IMG/VR virus record: IMGVR_UViG_3300037467_003075
Span: 128,001-157,825 of that record
DNA length: 29,825 nucleotides
DNA from: a virus
Lineage: Duplodnaviria; Heunggongvirae; Uroviricota; Caudoviricetes
Direction: 5' to 3' (one strand)
In this document: positions 17,116 to 25,363 of the stretch, piece after piece
How positions within the stretch are numbered: position 1 is the first letter of the stretch
Layout of the letters: each line of letters opens with the position of its first letter
Position numbers and translations under genes: made by a program
The notes under the pieces: generated by a model
Told to the model about the DNA's origin: nothing
Databases searched by the model: none
Seen by the model: only the letters and a program-made list of their open reading frames with translations

Positions 17116-17608
17116 TTTTACTACCAGAGAAAAACGACCTGGTGAAATAGAAGGGAAAGACTATATTTTTATATCGAATGAAGAGTTCGAAAGTATGCGG
17201 GACAGCGGAAAGATAGCTGAATACACTACATACTATGGTAGCGCAAGCTACGGTATTACCATGGAAGAGATCAACAAAAAGCTATCAAAAGGGCCAGCAT
17301 TCGTAGTTGTTGATATCGAGGGCAAGAAGCAACTTGAGGAAATTTATGATAATACGACTTCTATCTTTATCTACACTTCGCCAGAAGAAGCAGAGCAACG
17401 CATGATTAGGCGGGGGGACAAGCCAGAGAATATCGCGAAGAGATTGGCCACATTCAAGAAGGAACTTGAGAATATGGAGTTCTATGACTACGCCATTGAA
17501 AATCCAGACGGCAAACTAGAGCAAACGATTCAAAAGGTTATTGATGTTGTGGCGGCGGAAGCTTTTAGCGATATGACGGCATTGGAGGCTTTTATTTTTA
17601 ATGATTAG
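17027..17608 (+). CDS. gmk: guanylate kinase-like NMP kinase
   Basis: ISGPSGSGKT P-loop; SFTTREKRPGEIEGKDYIF signature; YG; VDIEG. Confidence 0.92.
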   Translation: MKHKLLIISGPSGSGKTSILRSIMQNEIVSFTTREKRPGEIEGKDYIFISNEEFESMRDSGKIAEYTTYYGSASYGITMEEINKKLSKGPAFVVVDIEGKKQLEEIYDNTTSIFIYTSPEEAEQRMIRRGDKPENIAKRLATFKKELENMEFYDYAIENPDGKLEQTIQKVIDVVAAEAFSDMTALEAFIFND

Positions 17609-18035
17609 CCTTTTGACGGAGGAATTTGAACTAATTGTAGACGATAAGCTAAGAGAGTTTGCAGTCGATGCAGTTAGCCTTGCTGATGAAGACACTCCAA
17701 AGAAAACAGTTGATTATATCAAGCGCGTAGTTGGGTATGTCAATGAGTTCTGCGATGTGATTGATGCGGAAGGATTGGTTCGTGATACGATCATTGTTGC
17801 ATCTTTAATACACTGTGTTTTCGATGATGGGACTGTTATCTATCCATACAAAACAAGAATCATGCTAAATAGTCTTTTGCCGACTGTCGGTAGGGAAGCA
17901 TTTAACAATATCATGTATCTGGTTGAGCGACAGCAAGGATTCCACTCTCCATTCGTTGAGTTCCAACCTGTTGCTGATACACCAATTCATGCGTGGCTGT
18001 TGCCACTGGCAATTAAACTAGCAAAAAAGGAATGA
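17601..18035 (+). CDS. degenerate HD-fold-like protein
   Basis: YIKRVV...RDTIIVASLIHC resembles the HD-family H...D...A.LLHD pattern with ligands replaced. Confidence 0.55.
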   Translation: MISLLTEEFELIVDDKLREFAVDAVSLADEDTPKKTVDYIKRVVGYVNEFCDVIDAEGLVRDTIIVASLIHCVFDDGTVIYPYKTRIMLNSLLPTVGREAFNNIMYLVERQQGFHSPFVEFQPVADTPIHAWLLPLAIKLAKKE

Positions 18036-18403
18036 TTAACTTGAGGTTGAAGTACAAACGAATCGCTTGTGATTTTGATGGAACAATCGCTTATGACGCA
18101 TTTCCAGAGGTAGGCGGCTTTAAGCCGCATGCCGAACGTGTTCTAAAGAAAATAAAAGAATACGGCGGTCAAATTATTATCTGGACTTGTCGTACATCAT
18201 ATCAGGCTGAACTAGTTAAAGAGATGTTACAAAAAGCCGGGGTTAAGTATGATGCCTTTAATGACAACCTTAAAGAGAGTTTAGATATATTTCCAGATAA
18301 CAGTAGAAAAGTATTTGCCGACATTTATATTGATGACCGCTCAATTCATTGTAAAGAAATCGATTGGTTAGAAATTGAAAGTTTGTTATTTATAGATGAT
18401 TAA
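18032..18403 (+). CDS. small capless HAD-superfamily phosphatase
   Basis: IACDFDGTI (motif I), IIWTCR (II), RKVFADIYIDDR (III/IV). Confidence 0.88.
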   Translation: MINLRLKYKRIACDFDGTIAYDAFPEVGGFKPHAERVLKKIKEYGGQIIIWTCRTSYQAELVKEMLQKAGVKYDAFNDNLKESLDIFPDNSRKVFADIYIDDRSIHCKEIDWLEIESLLFIDD

Positions 18404-18420
18404 TGAAAGAAGGAACAATA

Positions 18421-18579
18421 TTGAATAATTCCGGTGTGTATATTATTAGATGCAATGAAAATGGAAAAATTTATGTAGGGAGTGCATCTAATTTTAACGA
18501 AAGGAAAGGTAAGCACTGGTCTAGCAAATTACTTGGCGGTGGGTATGATGATTGGATTAGGGAGGGTGAGGTAGGTTGA
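18421..18579 (+). pseudogene. truncated GIY-YIG homing endonuclease remnant (52 aa, not in ORF track)
   Basis: TTG start after AGAAGGA; MNNSGVYIIRCNENGKIYVGSASNFNERKGKH has GVY...YVG and the conserved Arg, but the ORF stops too early for a full domain. Confidence 0.75.
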
Positions 18580-18580
18580 A

Positions 18581-19150
18581 ATGAAGAAGCATGATGTAAA
18601 TGTTTACAAGTTTGATTCGCGTACCAAAGAAGAATTTTTACGCGACATGGAAGATGGACTAAGAAAAGAAGTAGAGGCTATTAATGTCTTCCGTCAGATT
18701 CTAAATAAGAGCGAAGTTGAGAATCCAGAAGTCATATATGTAGGCTCAGAAGAAGAAGGAAAAATCATCTTCGATGGCGACAATGTAGCCAACGTAGACC
18801 TGTTTCCAGACTACCTATTGAAGTACAAGAAAAATAGGAGAGCCAGATGCAACTTGATCGAGGTTAAGGTATGTAATCCACACTCTAAGTTTGCGTACTT
18901 TAAGAAGAAACAACTAGAGCAATATGAAGAGCTTTTCAATGTCATCATCCTATTTGTTATGGGTATTAATACCAATACCCCTAAATTCATTCTTGTTTCG
19001 CCAAGGCAGATTTTGGGAATGGGTCTAGACGCTGAAACAATCTACGGTAAGGAAACATTTAAGTGTCATGTAGACTTGTTTGATTGGGAAAGTTTCGAAC
19101 CAATCGAAAGAAAGTACAGCGTGTTAGAGAAAAAATACATAAGGGGATGA
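18581..19150 (+). CDS. putative PD-(D/E)XK restriction-endonuclease-fold protein
   Basis: GLRKE helix, FPDYLL...LIEVK, KKKQL; RBS GAGGT. Confidence 0.6.
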   Translation: MKKHDVNVYKFDSRTKEEFLRDMEDGLRKEVEAINVFRQILNKSEVENPEVIYVGSEEEGKIIFDGDNVANVDLFPDYLLKYKKNRRARCNLIEVKVCNPHSKFAYFKKKQLEQYEELFNVIILFVMGINTNTPKFILVSPRQILGMGLDAETIYGKETFKCHVDLFDWESFEPIERKYSVLEKKYIRG

Positions 19151-19155
19151 GTAGT

Positions 19156-20022
19156 TTGAAGTTAGGCGTTGCCTTTTCTGGTGGCGGCGTAAGAGCAGCA
19201 AGTCAGATAGGGATTATGAAAGCACTTTATGAAGCTGGCATTAGGCCAGAAGTATTTGTCGGAACAAGCGGTGGCTCAATTGTAGCAACACTGCTAGCGT
19301 TGGGATATGAGCCTGACAAAGCATTCGAGTTCTTCAAACAGACACATGATGTATTTGATATCGCAATTATTCATATTATTAAGGGACTAATAACTAATAG
19401 CGATATCGAGGGACTAGTCAAAGGAAATAAGCTAGAATCTATCCTTGAAGAACTATTTGATTATCAATGGGTTAGTCAGCTTGAATATGATTGGGCGGCC
19501 GTTGCAACAGATATTAAAACAGGCAGAGAGATTATTTACTCCAATATGGATTATTCTGATTTCGATCATAATAAGATCAATAATGATTCATTTCATCTGA
19601 TAAGTACTGGCAGCCTAAGTGAAATCGTAAGGGCTTCTTGTAGCTTCCCAGGTGTCTTTATTCCAAAACGATTAAATGGATACACACTAGTAGACGGTGG
19701 CCTAACAAATAATTTGCCGTCTGATGTGGCAAAGGCTCTTGGCGCAGATCGTGTTATCTCTATTACTCTAGGTCAAGATGTAAATGCGTACAATACAAAC
19801 GGAATTATATCTATTCTCAATAGGAGTTTTGATATAATTTTTGATCGCAGCGGGGACAACAACGACAAAGATCATGATATATTAATCAATCCTGGCGTTG
19901 CTGACATTGGTGTATTTGCATTAACAGAGATTGATGATTGCTTTAAAAGAGGGTACGAATACGGGAAGTATATCGCTGAATCTATCATTATGTCTTTGGA
20001 TAATGAAACAGAATTTCAATAA
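19156..20022 (+). CDS. patatin-like phospholipase
   Basis: FSGGGVR, GTSGG nucleophile elbow, ASCSFPGVF, VDGG. AAGGGG RBS is 9 nt from TTG 19156; ATG 19147 is an alternative start. Confidence 0.92.
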   Translation: MKLGVAFSGGGVRAASQIGIMKALYEAGIRPEVFVGTSGGSIVATLLALGYEPDKAFEFFKQTHDVFDIAIIHIIKGLITNSDIEGLVKGNKLESILEELFDYQWVSQLEYDWAAVATDIKTGREIIYSNMDYSDFDHNKINNDSFHLISTGSLSEIVRASCSFPGVFIPKRLNGYTLVDGGLTNNLPSDVAKALGADRVISITLGQDVNAYNTNGIISILNRSFDIIFDRSGDNNDKDHDILINPGVADIGVFALTEIDDCFKRGYEYGKYIAESIIMSLDNETEFQ

Positions 20023-20055
20023 AAAATCATGCCGCCCCCAACGAAACAGCATGAT
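20021..20055 (-). terminator. minus-strand intrinsic terminator
   Basis: Minus RNA AUCAUGCUGUUUC-GUUG-GGGGCGGCAUGAU-UUUUU forms 13 bp with four G-U pairs that exist only on this strand. Confidence 0.8.
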
Positions 20056-20067
20056 CTGAATACTTGA

Positions 20068-20133
20068 TTAAAGGGGAATCAGCCCAATGGTTACAAGTAC
20101 TAATCCTACGCCGATTAAGATTAATCCGACCAC
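20068..20133 (-). CDS. 21-aa hydrophobic peptide MVGLILIGVGLVLVTIGLIPL (not in ORF track)
   Basis: Near-perfect RBS AAAGGAGGCGATC, GTG start at 20133, TAA at 20070-20068, dedicated downstream terminator. Confidence 0.72.
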   Translation of the reverse strand: MVGLILIGVGLVLVTIGLIPL

Positions 20134-20156
20134 TAATAGATCGCCTCCTTTGTAAT

Positions 20157-20186
20157 CATTGTTTTCATTTTTAATGTTTTTATTCA
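20157..20186 (-). promoter_or_regulatory. possible sigmaG/sigmaF-like promoter for the peptide gene
   Basis: TGAATA, 17 nt, AACAATG directly upstream of the RBS; the -10 is only a partial match. Confidence 0.4.
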
Positions 20187-20200
20187 ACATGGTTTTATCC

Positions 20201-20238
20201 TTGACTAATCTATAGTTTAATGTTATAATATAAGTATA
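20201..20238 (+). promoter_or_regulatory. sigmaA-type phage promoter (member 5)
   Basis: TTGACT (20201-20206), 17 nt, TG-extended TATAAT (20224-20229), ATAAGTATA. Confidence 0.85.
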
Positions 20239-20255
20239 TCACAAGGAAAGGTTGA

Positions 20256-21008
20256 TTGAATTTGTTTAACCCAAATGAATATCTGATTAAATTAAAAGGA
20301 AAGGATTATCTAGAGGTCAAATGGCGCTTAGTATGGTTCCGTGACGAAAATAATCCTAAAGACCGAGCATCTATTACTTTAGAAACCGAGATTATTCAAG
20401 ATGACGGTGAGCAGGGACTAGTAAAGGCAACTGCTAAGGATGGGGATGGTCGCATTCTAGCAACAGGGATGAAACGAGAACATAAGCGAGAGTTCCACGA
20501 CTACATTGAAAAAGCAGAAACAGGGGCTATCGGTCGTGTGCTTGCTATTCTTGGATACGGCACCCAGTTTGCAGAGGAACTGGAATTGCCAGAGGGCAAG
20601 CTAGTTGACTCTCCTATTGAAACAAAAGAAGATCGAGAAAAGAAAAATGCAACTAGTAATACTAAGGCTAAAAACGAAGCACCACAGCCTGATGCAAGGG
20701 AAATTGCTCGTCAAAAAGCAGAGGAACGAGCGCTGGCAAAGAAAGCGGAACAGGAAGCCAAAGGCAATAGTGAGACTGATGCGCCAGCGCAAGAAGCCAA
20801 CTCTGGTGATGTCGTAGAGCCTATCAATGAAAACCAACTAAAGGCCATCACAAAAATGGTAGAGATGCTTTCTAAGAAGAAGAATATCTCCCCGGACGAT
20901 TTCTTGAAAGAGCTTGCTGGTAAGTTTGGTAAGAGTAGTTTGAATGATTTGACATTTGAAGAAGGTAAACAGGTCATTCCACTTATCAATCAAGCTATGA
21001 GGGCGTAA
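20256..21008 (+). CDS. Rad52/Sak-like single-strand annealing protein
   Basis: KGKDYLEVKWRLVWFR and IEKAETGAIGRVLAILGYG core, charged linker, small C-terminal helical domain (DLTFEEG). Confidence 0.72.
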   Translation: MNLFNPNEYLIKLKGKDYLEVKWRLVWFRDENNPKDRASITLETEIIQDDGEQGLVKATAKDGDGRILATGMKREHKREFHDYIEKAETGAIGRVLAILGYGTQFAEELELPEGKLVDSPIETKEDREKKNATSNTKAKNEAPQPDAREIARQKAEERALAKKAEQEAKGNSETDAPAQEANSGDVVEPINENQLKAITKMVEMLSKKKNISPDDFLKELAGKFGKSSLNDLTFEEGKQVIPLINQAMRA

Positions 21009-21018
21009 TAATTACATA

Positions 21019-21053
21019 ACAAGGGGTGAGGAAACTTGCCCCTTGTGTTTTAT
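21019..21053 (+). terminator. intrinsic terminator
   Basis: ACAAGGGGTGAG-GAAA-CTTGCCCCTTGT followed by GTTTTAT. Confidence 0.75.
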
Positions 21054-21068
21054 CTAAGGAGAGTAAAG

Positions 21069-21233
21069 ATGAGAGACTTAGAAAAAGACCAAAAGGCAAT
21101 TGACATGCTTTGGGAAAGGGAAGTTATCGATGACGGCGACGATATTGCATTAATTCTTACTATTGCAGATCATGCCTTGCGCCGCGCAAAAGAGGCAGAG
21201 AGGAAGTTGTCGGAGAGTGGCAAAGTATCGTAA
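21069..21233 (+). CDS. small hypothetical phage protein
   Basis: RBS AAGGAG before ATG 21069 (MRDLEKD...). Confidence 0.7.
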   Translation: MRDLEKDQKAIDMLWEREVIDDGDDIALILTIADHALRRAKEAERKLSESGKVS

Positions 21234-21528
21234 GAAACCAATTGTCATAGAGGCAGAGGTTTATCGAAAAGGTCTTGAAGATGGATTTAAGTTCTACTTC
21301 ACAGAATACCCAGAAGAAGGGTTTACTTTTGTATCAAAGACGGAACTAGCAAGACGAAAAGCGCAAGGAGAAAGTATAGACATTGAGATTGTAAGTCCAG
21401 CTATTATAACGCTTAAAGGATGGATGGAAATCACGCATGGTGATTACATTGTGACAGGTATCAAAGGCGAACGATATCCAGTAAAGCCAGACATTTTCCA
21501 TGCAACATATGAAAAGGTAGAAGATTAA
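21217..21528 (+). CDS. conserved phage protein (KYRKKP...GDY...YPxKPDIF family)
   Basis: GTG start after GAGAGGA; KYRKKPIVIEA, TLKGWM, GDYIVTGIKGERYPVKPDIFHATYE. Confidence 0.8.
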   Translation: MAKYRKKPIVIEAEVYRKGLEDGFKFYFTEYPEEGFTFVSKTELARRKAQGESIDIEIVSPAIITLKGWMEITHGDYIVTGIKGERYPVKPDIFHATYEKVED

Positions 21529-21992
21529 TGAATGATTTTCATAAAATAGTAATGCCTGGAAGACCAATAGCAAAGAGCAATATGTATAGGGTCAGAGTTA
21601 TTGGAAAAAGGGGATTGCTCTACACAACCAGAGAACTAGAGGAATTTGAGCTTACGCTAGGTAAGATTGTCGGGGAAACTATACCAGAAGTACTGACTGG
21701 TAATCATGCCTTATATGTTCGTGTCTATCAGCATGGCAAACGAACGATTGATATAGACAACACTTTTAAGGCCATCCTTGACTCATTTGACCACGGTAAG
21801 AAAATTAAGCGTGGGGAAAGAGAGATACAAGTATGTGCCACAGGTATCGAAGATGACAAGCTATTCCAATTAATCATTGGTGAGCGTTTTGAATGTGAAG
21901 ACAAAGAAGACGAAAGACTAGAAATTTTTGTAGCACCATATCATGGGCTACTGCCATTTGTGTCTTTAGTATTAAAGGAGTGTCCACTATGA
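21528..21992 (+). CDS. rusA: RusA-like Holliday junction resolvase
   Basis: PGRPIAKSN, DIDNTFKAILDS, GIEDDK motifs. Confidence 0.8.
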   Translation: MNDFHKIVMPGRPIAKSNMYRVRVIGKRGLLYTTRELEEFELTLGKIVGETIPEVLTGNHALYVRVYQHGKRTIDIDNTFKAILDSFDHGKKIKRGEREIQVCATGIEDDKLFQLIIGERFECEDKEDERLEIFVAPYHGLLPFVSLVLKECPL

Positions 21993-22150
21993 GTAAATTT
22001 GATTATGGAAACACAAAACCAGATGGTCAATATGAGAACTATCCAACTAATACTAGTGGCGAGTTCGTAGCGCCTGTTCAATTAGGCGATATCGGTGACA
22101 TCGCGTTAATTGGAAAAGATATGCGACAAAAAAGCGGATACATAAAGTAA
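21989..22150 (+). CDS. 53-aa hypothetical protein (not in ORF track)
   Basis: RBS AAAGGAG, ATGA overlap; MSKFDYGNTKPDGQYENYPT...; fills the gap to the glycosyltransferase. Confidence 0.65.
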   Translation: MSKFDYGNTKPDGQYENYPTNTSGEFVAPVQLGDIGDIALIGKDMRQKSGYIK

Positions 22151-22160
22151 GGGTGGTAAA

Positions 22161-23345
22161 ATGAAGATTGTAATGATGAGCGATAGCCCAACGGTACCAA
22201 CAGGATATGGGCGAGTGATGAAAGTGTTGGCGCAGTCGTTCCATGAAGCAGGACATGACATTACGGTTATTGGTTGGGGTTACTATGGAACAGAGCACTC
22301 TTTTCCGTATAAAATTATACCATGTGATGCCGTCAGAGATCGCCACGGCGAAGATATTCTAGCTAATTTCATCCGACAGGAGAAGCCAGATATACTGTTT
22401 ACGCTTGGCGACCCATGGATGACTGAGTATATTCCTTCTATGGAAGAAAGAAGTGCTGTTACATGGGTAAGCTATTTCCCAATTGACGGATATCCTATTC
22501 CACCAGTTTGGCATGATTGGATTAGAAATGCTGATGTGCCAATTGTTTTTAGTAAGTTTGCTCAAGACCTTATTGAAAAATCTGTCGGGAAAAAGGTATC
22601 ATTAATTTATCACGGTGTGGATACAAAAAGATTCCGCCCTCTTGAGAATAAGGCATCCATTAAAGCTGAGTTTGGATTGTCAGATAAATTTATCGTCGGT
22701 ACGGTGGCAAGGAATCAGCCACGAAAAAATCTGCCAGCTCTTATTAAAGCGTACGCAGAGTTCTCGAAGAATAAAGCAGATACAGCCCTATACTTGCACA
22801 CGCAAATTCGCGATGTCGGATGGAATATCGATGAGTTGGTAAATTACTATGAAATCAGTGACAGGGCATTTTGTACTAGTGGCTTCCAAGCTCTGTCTGG
22901 TATCTCAGACGAAGAGCTTGTCAGAACATATAATTTATTTGACATTTTTGTCCTGCCGACGATGGCAGAGGGATTTGGCTTACCCATCCTAGAGGCACAG
23001 GCATGTGGTATCCCAGTATTAGTAACTAATTTTTCAGCTTGCAGTGAACTAGTTGTAGATAGACAAGAGCTTTTAAAGGTAAAAGACACTATTACAATGG
23101 GTAGAAATATTGAACAAGCTGTTGTCGATGTTGATGATATTGTCAGAAAATTGAATTTGTTCTATTACGACTGGAAGACGCAAAAAGGTAAGAAGTTGAG
23201 TTATTATTCAAATAAAGGTGTTGAACTTGCAAAGGAATTGGATTGGGAATTAATTTGTAAGGATTTTAATGGTCTTATGAAAAAAGTCGAGCCATATGCC
23301 ACCAATCGATCTAAGAAGATTATTCCTAATTTTTATGTACTATAA
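22161..23345 (+). CDS. GT4-family (GT-B) glycosyltransferase 1
   Basis: SDSPTVPTGYG, IYHGVD..RF.P, ARNQPRKN, EGFGLPILEAQACGIP (EX7E). Confidence 0.92.
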   Translation: MKIVMMSDSPTVPTGYGRVMKVLAQSFHEAGHDITVIGWGYYGTEHSFPYKIIPCDAVRDRHGEDILANFIRQEKPDILFTLGDPWMTEYIPSMEERSAVTWVSYFPIDGYPIPPVWHDWIRNADVPIVFSKFAQDLIEKSVGKKVSLIYHGVDTKRFRPLENKASIKAEFGLSDKFIVGTVARNQPRKNLPALIKAYAEFSKNKADTALYLHTQIRDVGWNIDELVNYYEISDRAFCTSGFQALSGISDEELVRTYNLFDIFVLPTMAEGFGLPILEAQACGIPVLVTNFSACSELVVDRQELLKVKDTITMGRNIEQAVVDVDDIVRKLNLFYYDWKTQKGKKLSYYSNKGVELAKELDWELICKDFNGLMKKVEPYATNRSKKIIPNFYVL

Positions 23346-23350
23346 GGAGT

Positions 23351-24520
23351 GTGTTTGATTTGAGTTATCAAGTTTGTTGGCGTGGGTTCGTTGGTGGTTC
23401 GACGGGATACGACAGGGCGAGTAGGGAATATTTACTAGCCCTTGATCGTTGCGGCGTAGATGTGAAAGTTGAGCCTATGTCATATTCACAGGATATTTTT
23501 GTCGGTGGCGTAAATCCTGAACAAGTTGCAAGAATCAAAGAATTGATTGCAAAGCCATATGCAACAGACAAGAAGAAAATTTTGGTTTACCATGCACAGC
23601 CAAATGGTGTAAATCCTGCTATAGAAAGAAATAATTATGATAAGGTAATTGTTCTTACAGTATGGGAAACGACAAGGGTTCCACAAAGTTGGATTGCTCC
23701 AGCTAATCAGGCAGATGCAATTATCGTTCCTTCTTCACAGAATGTAACAGCTTTGCGTGATAGCGGAATAGAGGTACCAATCTTTATTGTGCCACATGGA
23801 GCTGACTTTGAAACATATAAGCCTGGCAACAAGAAGCTAGAAATCCCTAGTATTAAAGATAAGTTTAAGTTTCTATCTGTTTTTCAGTGGCAGCATCGCA
23901 AAGCACCAGAAGTGCTACTCGAAGCATATCTAAATGAATTTACGAACAAAGACAATGTAGCACTTGTCATTAAAACCTATTGGGGACATGTTGTTAGTAA
24001 GGTTGAATCACGAGGCATAGTTAACCAAATTGCAGCATTTAAGAATCAATATAGAGACGCACCACAAATCCTAGTGACAACAAGCATATTTGAAGACGAA
24101 GATTTAAAGGGTCTTTATACGATGGCTGATTGTTTTGTGTTACCTACCAGGGGTGAGGGCGTAGGGCTACCTTACATTGAAGCACTATGTAGTGGAGTGC
24201 CTGTTATTGCAACTAACTGGGGAGGTTCGACGGACTTCTTGAAAGATAACAATTCTTTTCCTGTCGATTATGATCTAATGCAAACTGATGCGAAGCTTCA
24301 AACAGCGATTTCGCCTAATTTTAATCAACTGTTTACGCCAGATATGATGTGGGCAGAACCAAAGGTTGATAGCTTGCGATTCCGTATGCGCCAAGCGTAT
24401 GAGAATAAAGAATGGTGCGAAGGGAAGGGCGCAGCTGGAAGGGCATTAATGGAAACAATGTCATGGGATAGCTCTGGAATCGCGATGAAGGAGTTGCTAA
24501 ACAAAATATGCTTACAATAA
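23351..24520 (+). CDS. GT4-family (GT-B) glycosyltransferase 2
   Basis: STGY, TVWET, VPHG, WQHRK, RGEGVGLPYIEALCSGVPVIATNWGG (EX7E). Confidence 0.92.
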   Translation: MFDLSYQVCWRGFVGGSTGYDRASREYLLALDRCGVDVKVEPMSYSQDIFVGGVNPEQVARIKELIAKPYATDKKKILVYHAQPNGVNPAIERNNYDKVIVLTVWETTRVPQSWIAPANQADAIIVPSSQNVTALRDSGIEVPIFIVPHGADFETYKPGNKKLEIPSIKDKFKFLSVFQWQHRKAPEVLLEAYLNEFTNKDNVALVIKTYWGHVVSKVESRGIVNQIAAFKNQYRDAPQILVTTSIFEDEDLKGLYTMADCFVLPTRGEGVGLPYIEALCSGVPVIATNWGGSTDFLKDNNSFPVDYDLMQTDAKLQTAISPNFNQLFTPDMMWAEPKVDSLRFRMRQAYENKEWCEGKGAAGRALMETMSWDSSGIAMKELLNKICLQ

Positions 24521-25218
24521 TTCTCAGTGGTGGCCTCGGAACGAGGCTACTTCCTTTGACATCCACCACCCCTAAGCCAATGCTGCCAATTGGTGGTATC
24601 CCGCATTTAGAATACCAAATTAGACTGTTGAGTGAGCATGGATTTAAGGACATTATTTTTAGCACTGGATATCTACATAATCAAATAATTGATTACTTTG
24701 GCAACGGTCATAAGCATGGTGTAATTATTAGATATAAAGAAGATGGCCCGAACCAATTGGGAACTGGCGGCGCAATCAAGAACTGCCTAGATATGATTGA
24801 CGGGGAAAATGTACTCGTACTTAATGGTGACATTTTAACAAACATTAATTTGTCTCACATGAAAGAAGCTTTCCTTAGCAAAGTAAGTACGCCGATTATG
24901 ATGGCATTAACTCCTGTGTCAGACCCAACACAGTATGGAGTAGCTAAATTGGCAACTGGCGGTAAAATAATTGACTTTATTGAAAAGCCACAAGATAATT
25001 CGCATGGAAACCTGATAAATGCGGGAATCTATATGATGAACAAAGCGGTCATAGAAAACAACATTGATGATGGATTCTCAATGGTCGAAAATTCGTTGTT
25101 TCCTAAGTTCGCAAGCACTGGCATGCTTGGTTCTTACATAGGCAACTATTATTGGCTTGATATTGGAACGCATGAACGATATCAACAGGCTCAGAATGAT
25201 GTCCAAAATTATTTTTAA
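24508..25218 (+). CDS. NDP-sugar pyrophosphorylase (mannose-1-phosphate guanylyltransferase-like, catalytic domain only)
   Basis: LSGGLGTRLLPLT..PKPM, LGTGGAI, LNGD, YGV, FIEKP, INAGIY, WLDIGT. Confidence 0.92.
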   Translation: MLTIILSGGLGTRLLPLTSTTPKPMLPIGGIPHLEYQIRLLSEHGFKDIIFSTGYLHNQIIDYFGNGHKHGVIIRYKEDGPNQLGTGGAIKNCLDMIDGENVLVLNGDILTNINLSHMKEAFLSKVSTPIMMALTPVSDPTQYGVAKLATGGKIIDFIEKPQDNSHGNLINAGIYMMNKAVIENNIDDGFSMVENSLFPKFASTGMLGSYIGNYYWLDIGTHERYQQAQNDVQNYF

Positions 25219-25224
25219 ATAACA

Positions 25225-25254
25225 TGAATAAATGTCCTCAAAATGCGCATACTA
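25225..25254 (+). promoter_or_regulatory. sigmaG-like (forespore) promoter
   Basis: TGAATA (25225-25230), 17 nt, CATACTA (25248-25254), matching the classical B. subtilis sigmaG consensus, in intergenic DNA. Confidence 0.6.
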
Positions 25255-25280
25255 TTTATCAAAATTAAAAAACGCGCACC

Positions 25281-25326
25281 TAGCCAATAACTGTCACTTG
25301 TTGTTATAATATATGGGTGTTATAAT
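25281..25326 (+). promoter_or_regulatory. tandem extended -10 promoters
   Basis: TGTTATAAT at 25302-25310 and 25318-25326; TAGCCA at 25281-25286 is a possible -35 for the first. Confidence 0.6.
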
Positions 25327-25363
25327 GACTTTGTGAAGGGGCTAGGAAAGGAGGATAAACACA

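Noticed and set aside
16456-17608. Z-genome (2-aminoadenine) pathway suggested by HD hydrolase plus guanylate kinase
   Set aside because: No PurZ or MazZ in the window, and the HD protein looks YfdR-like.
19156-20022. Patatin as a CBASS CapV effector
   Set aside because: No CD-NTase or ancillary cap genes nearby.
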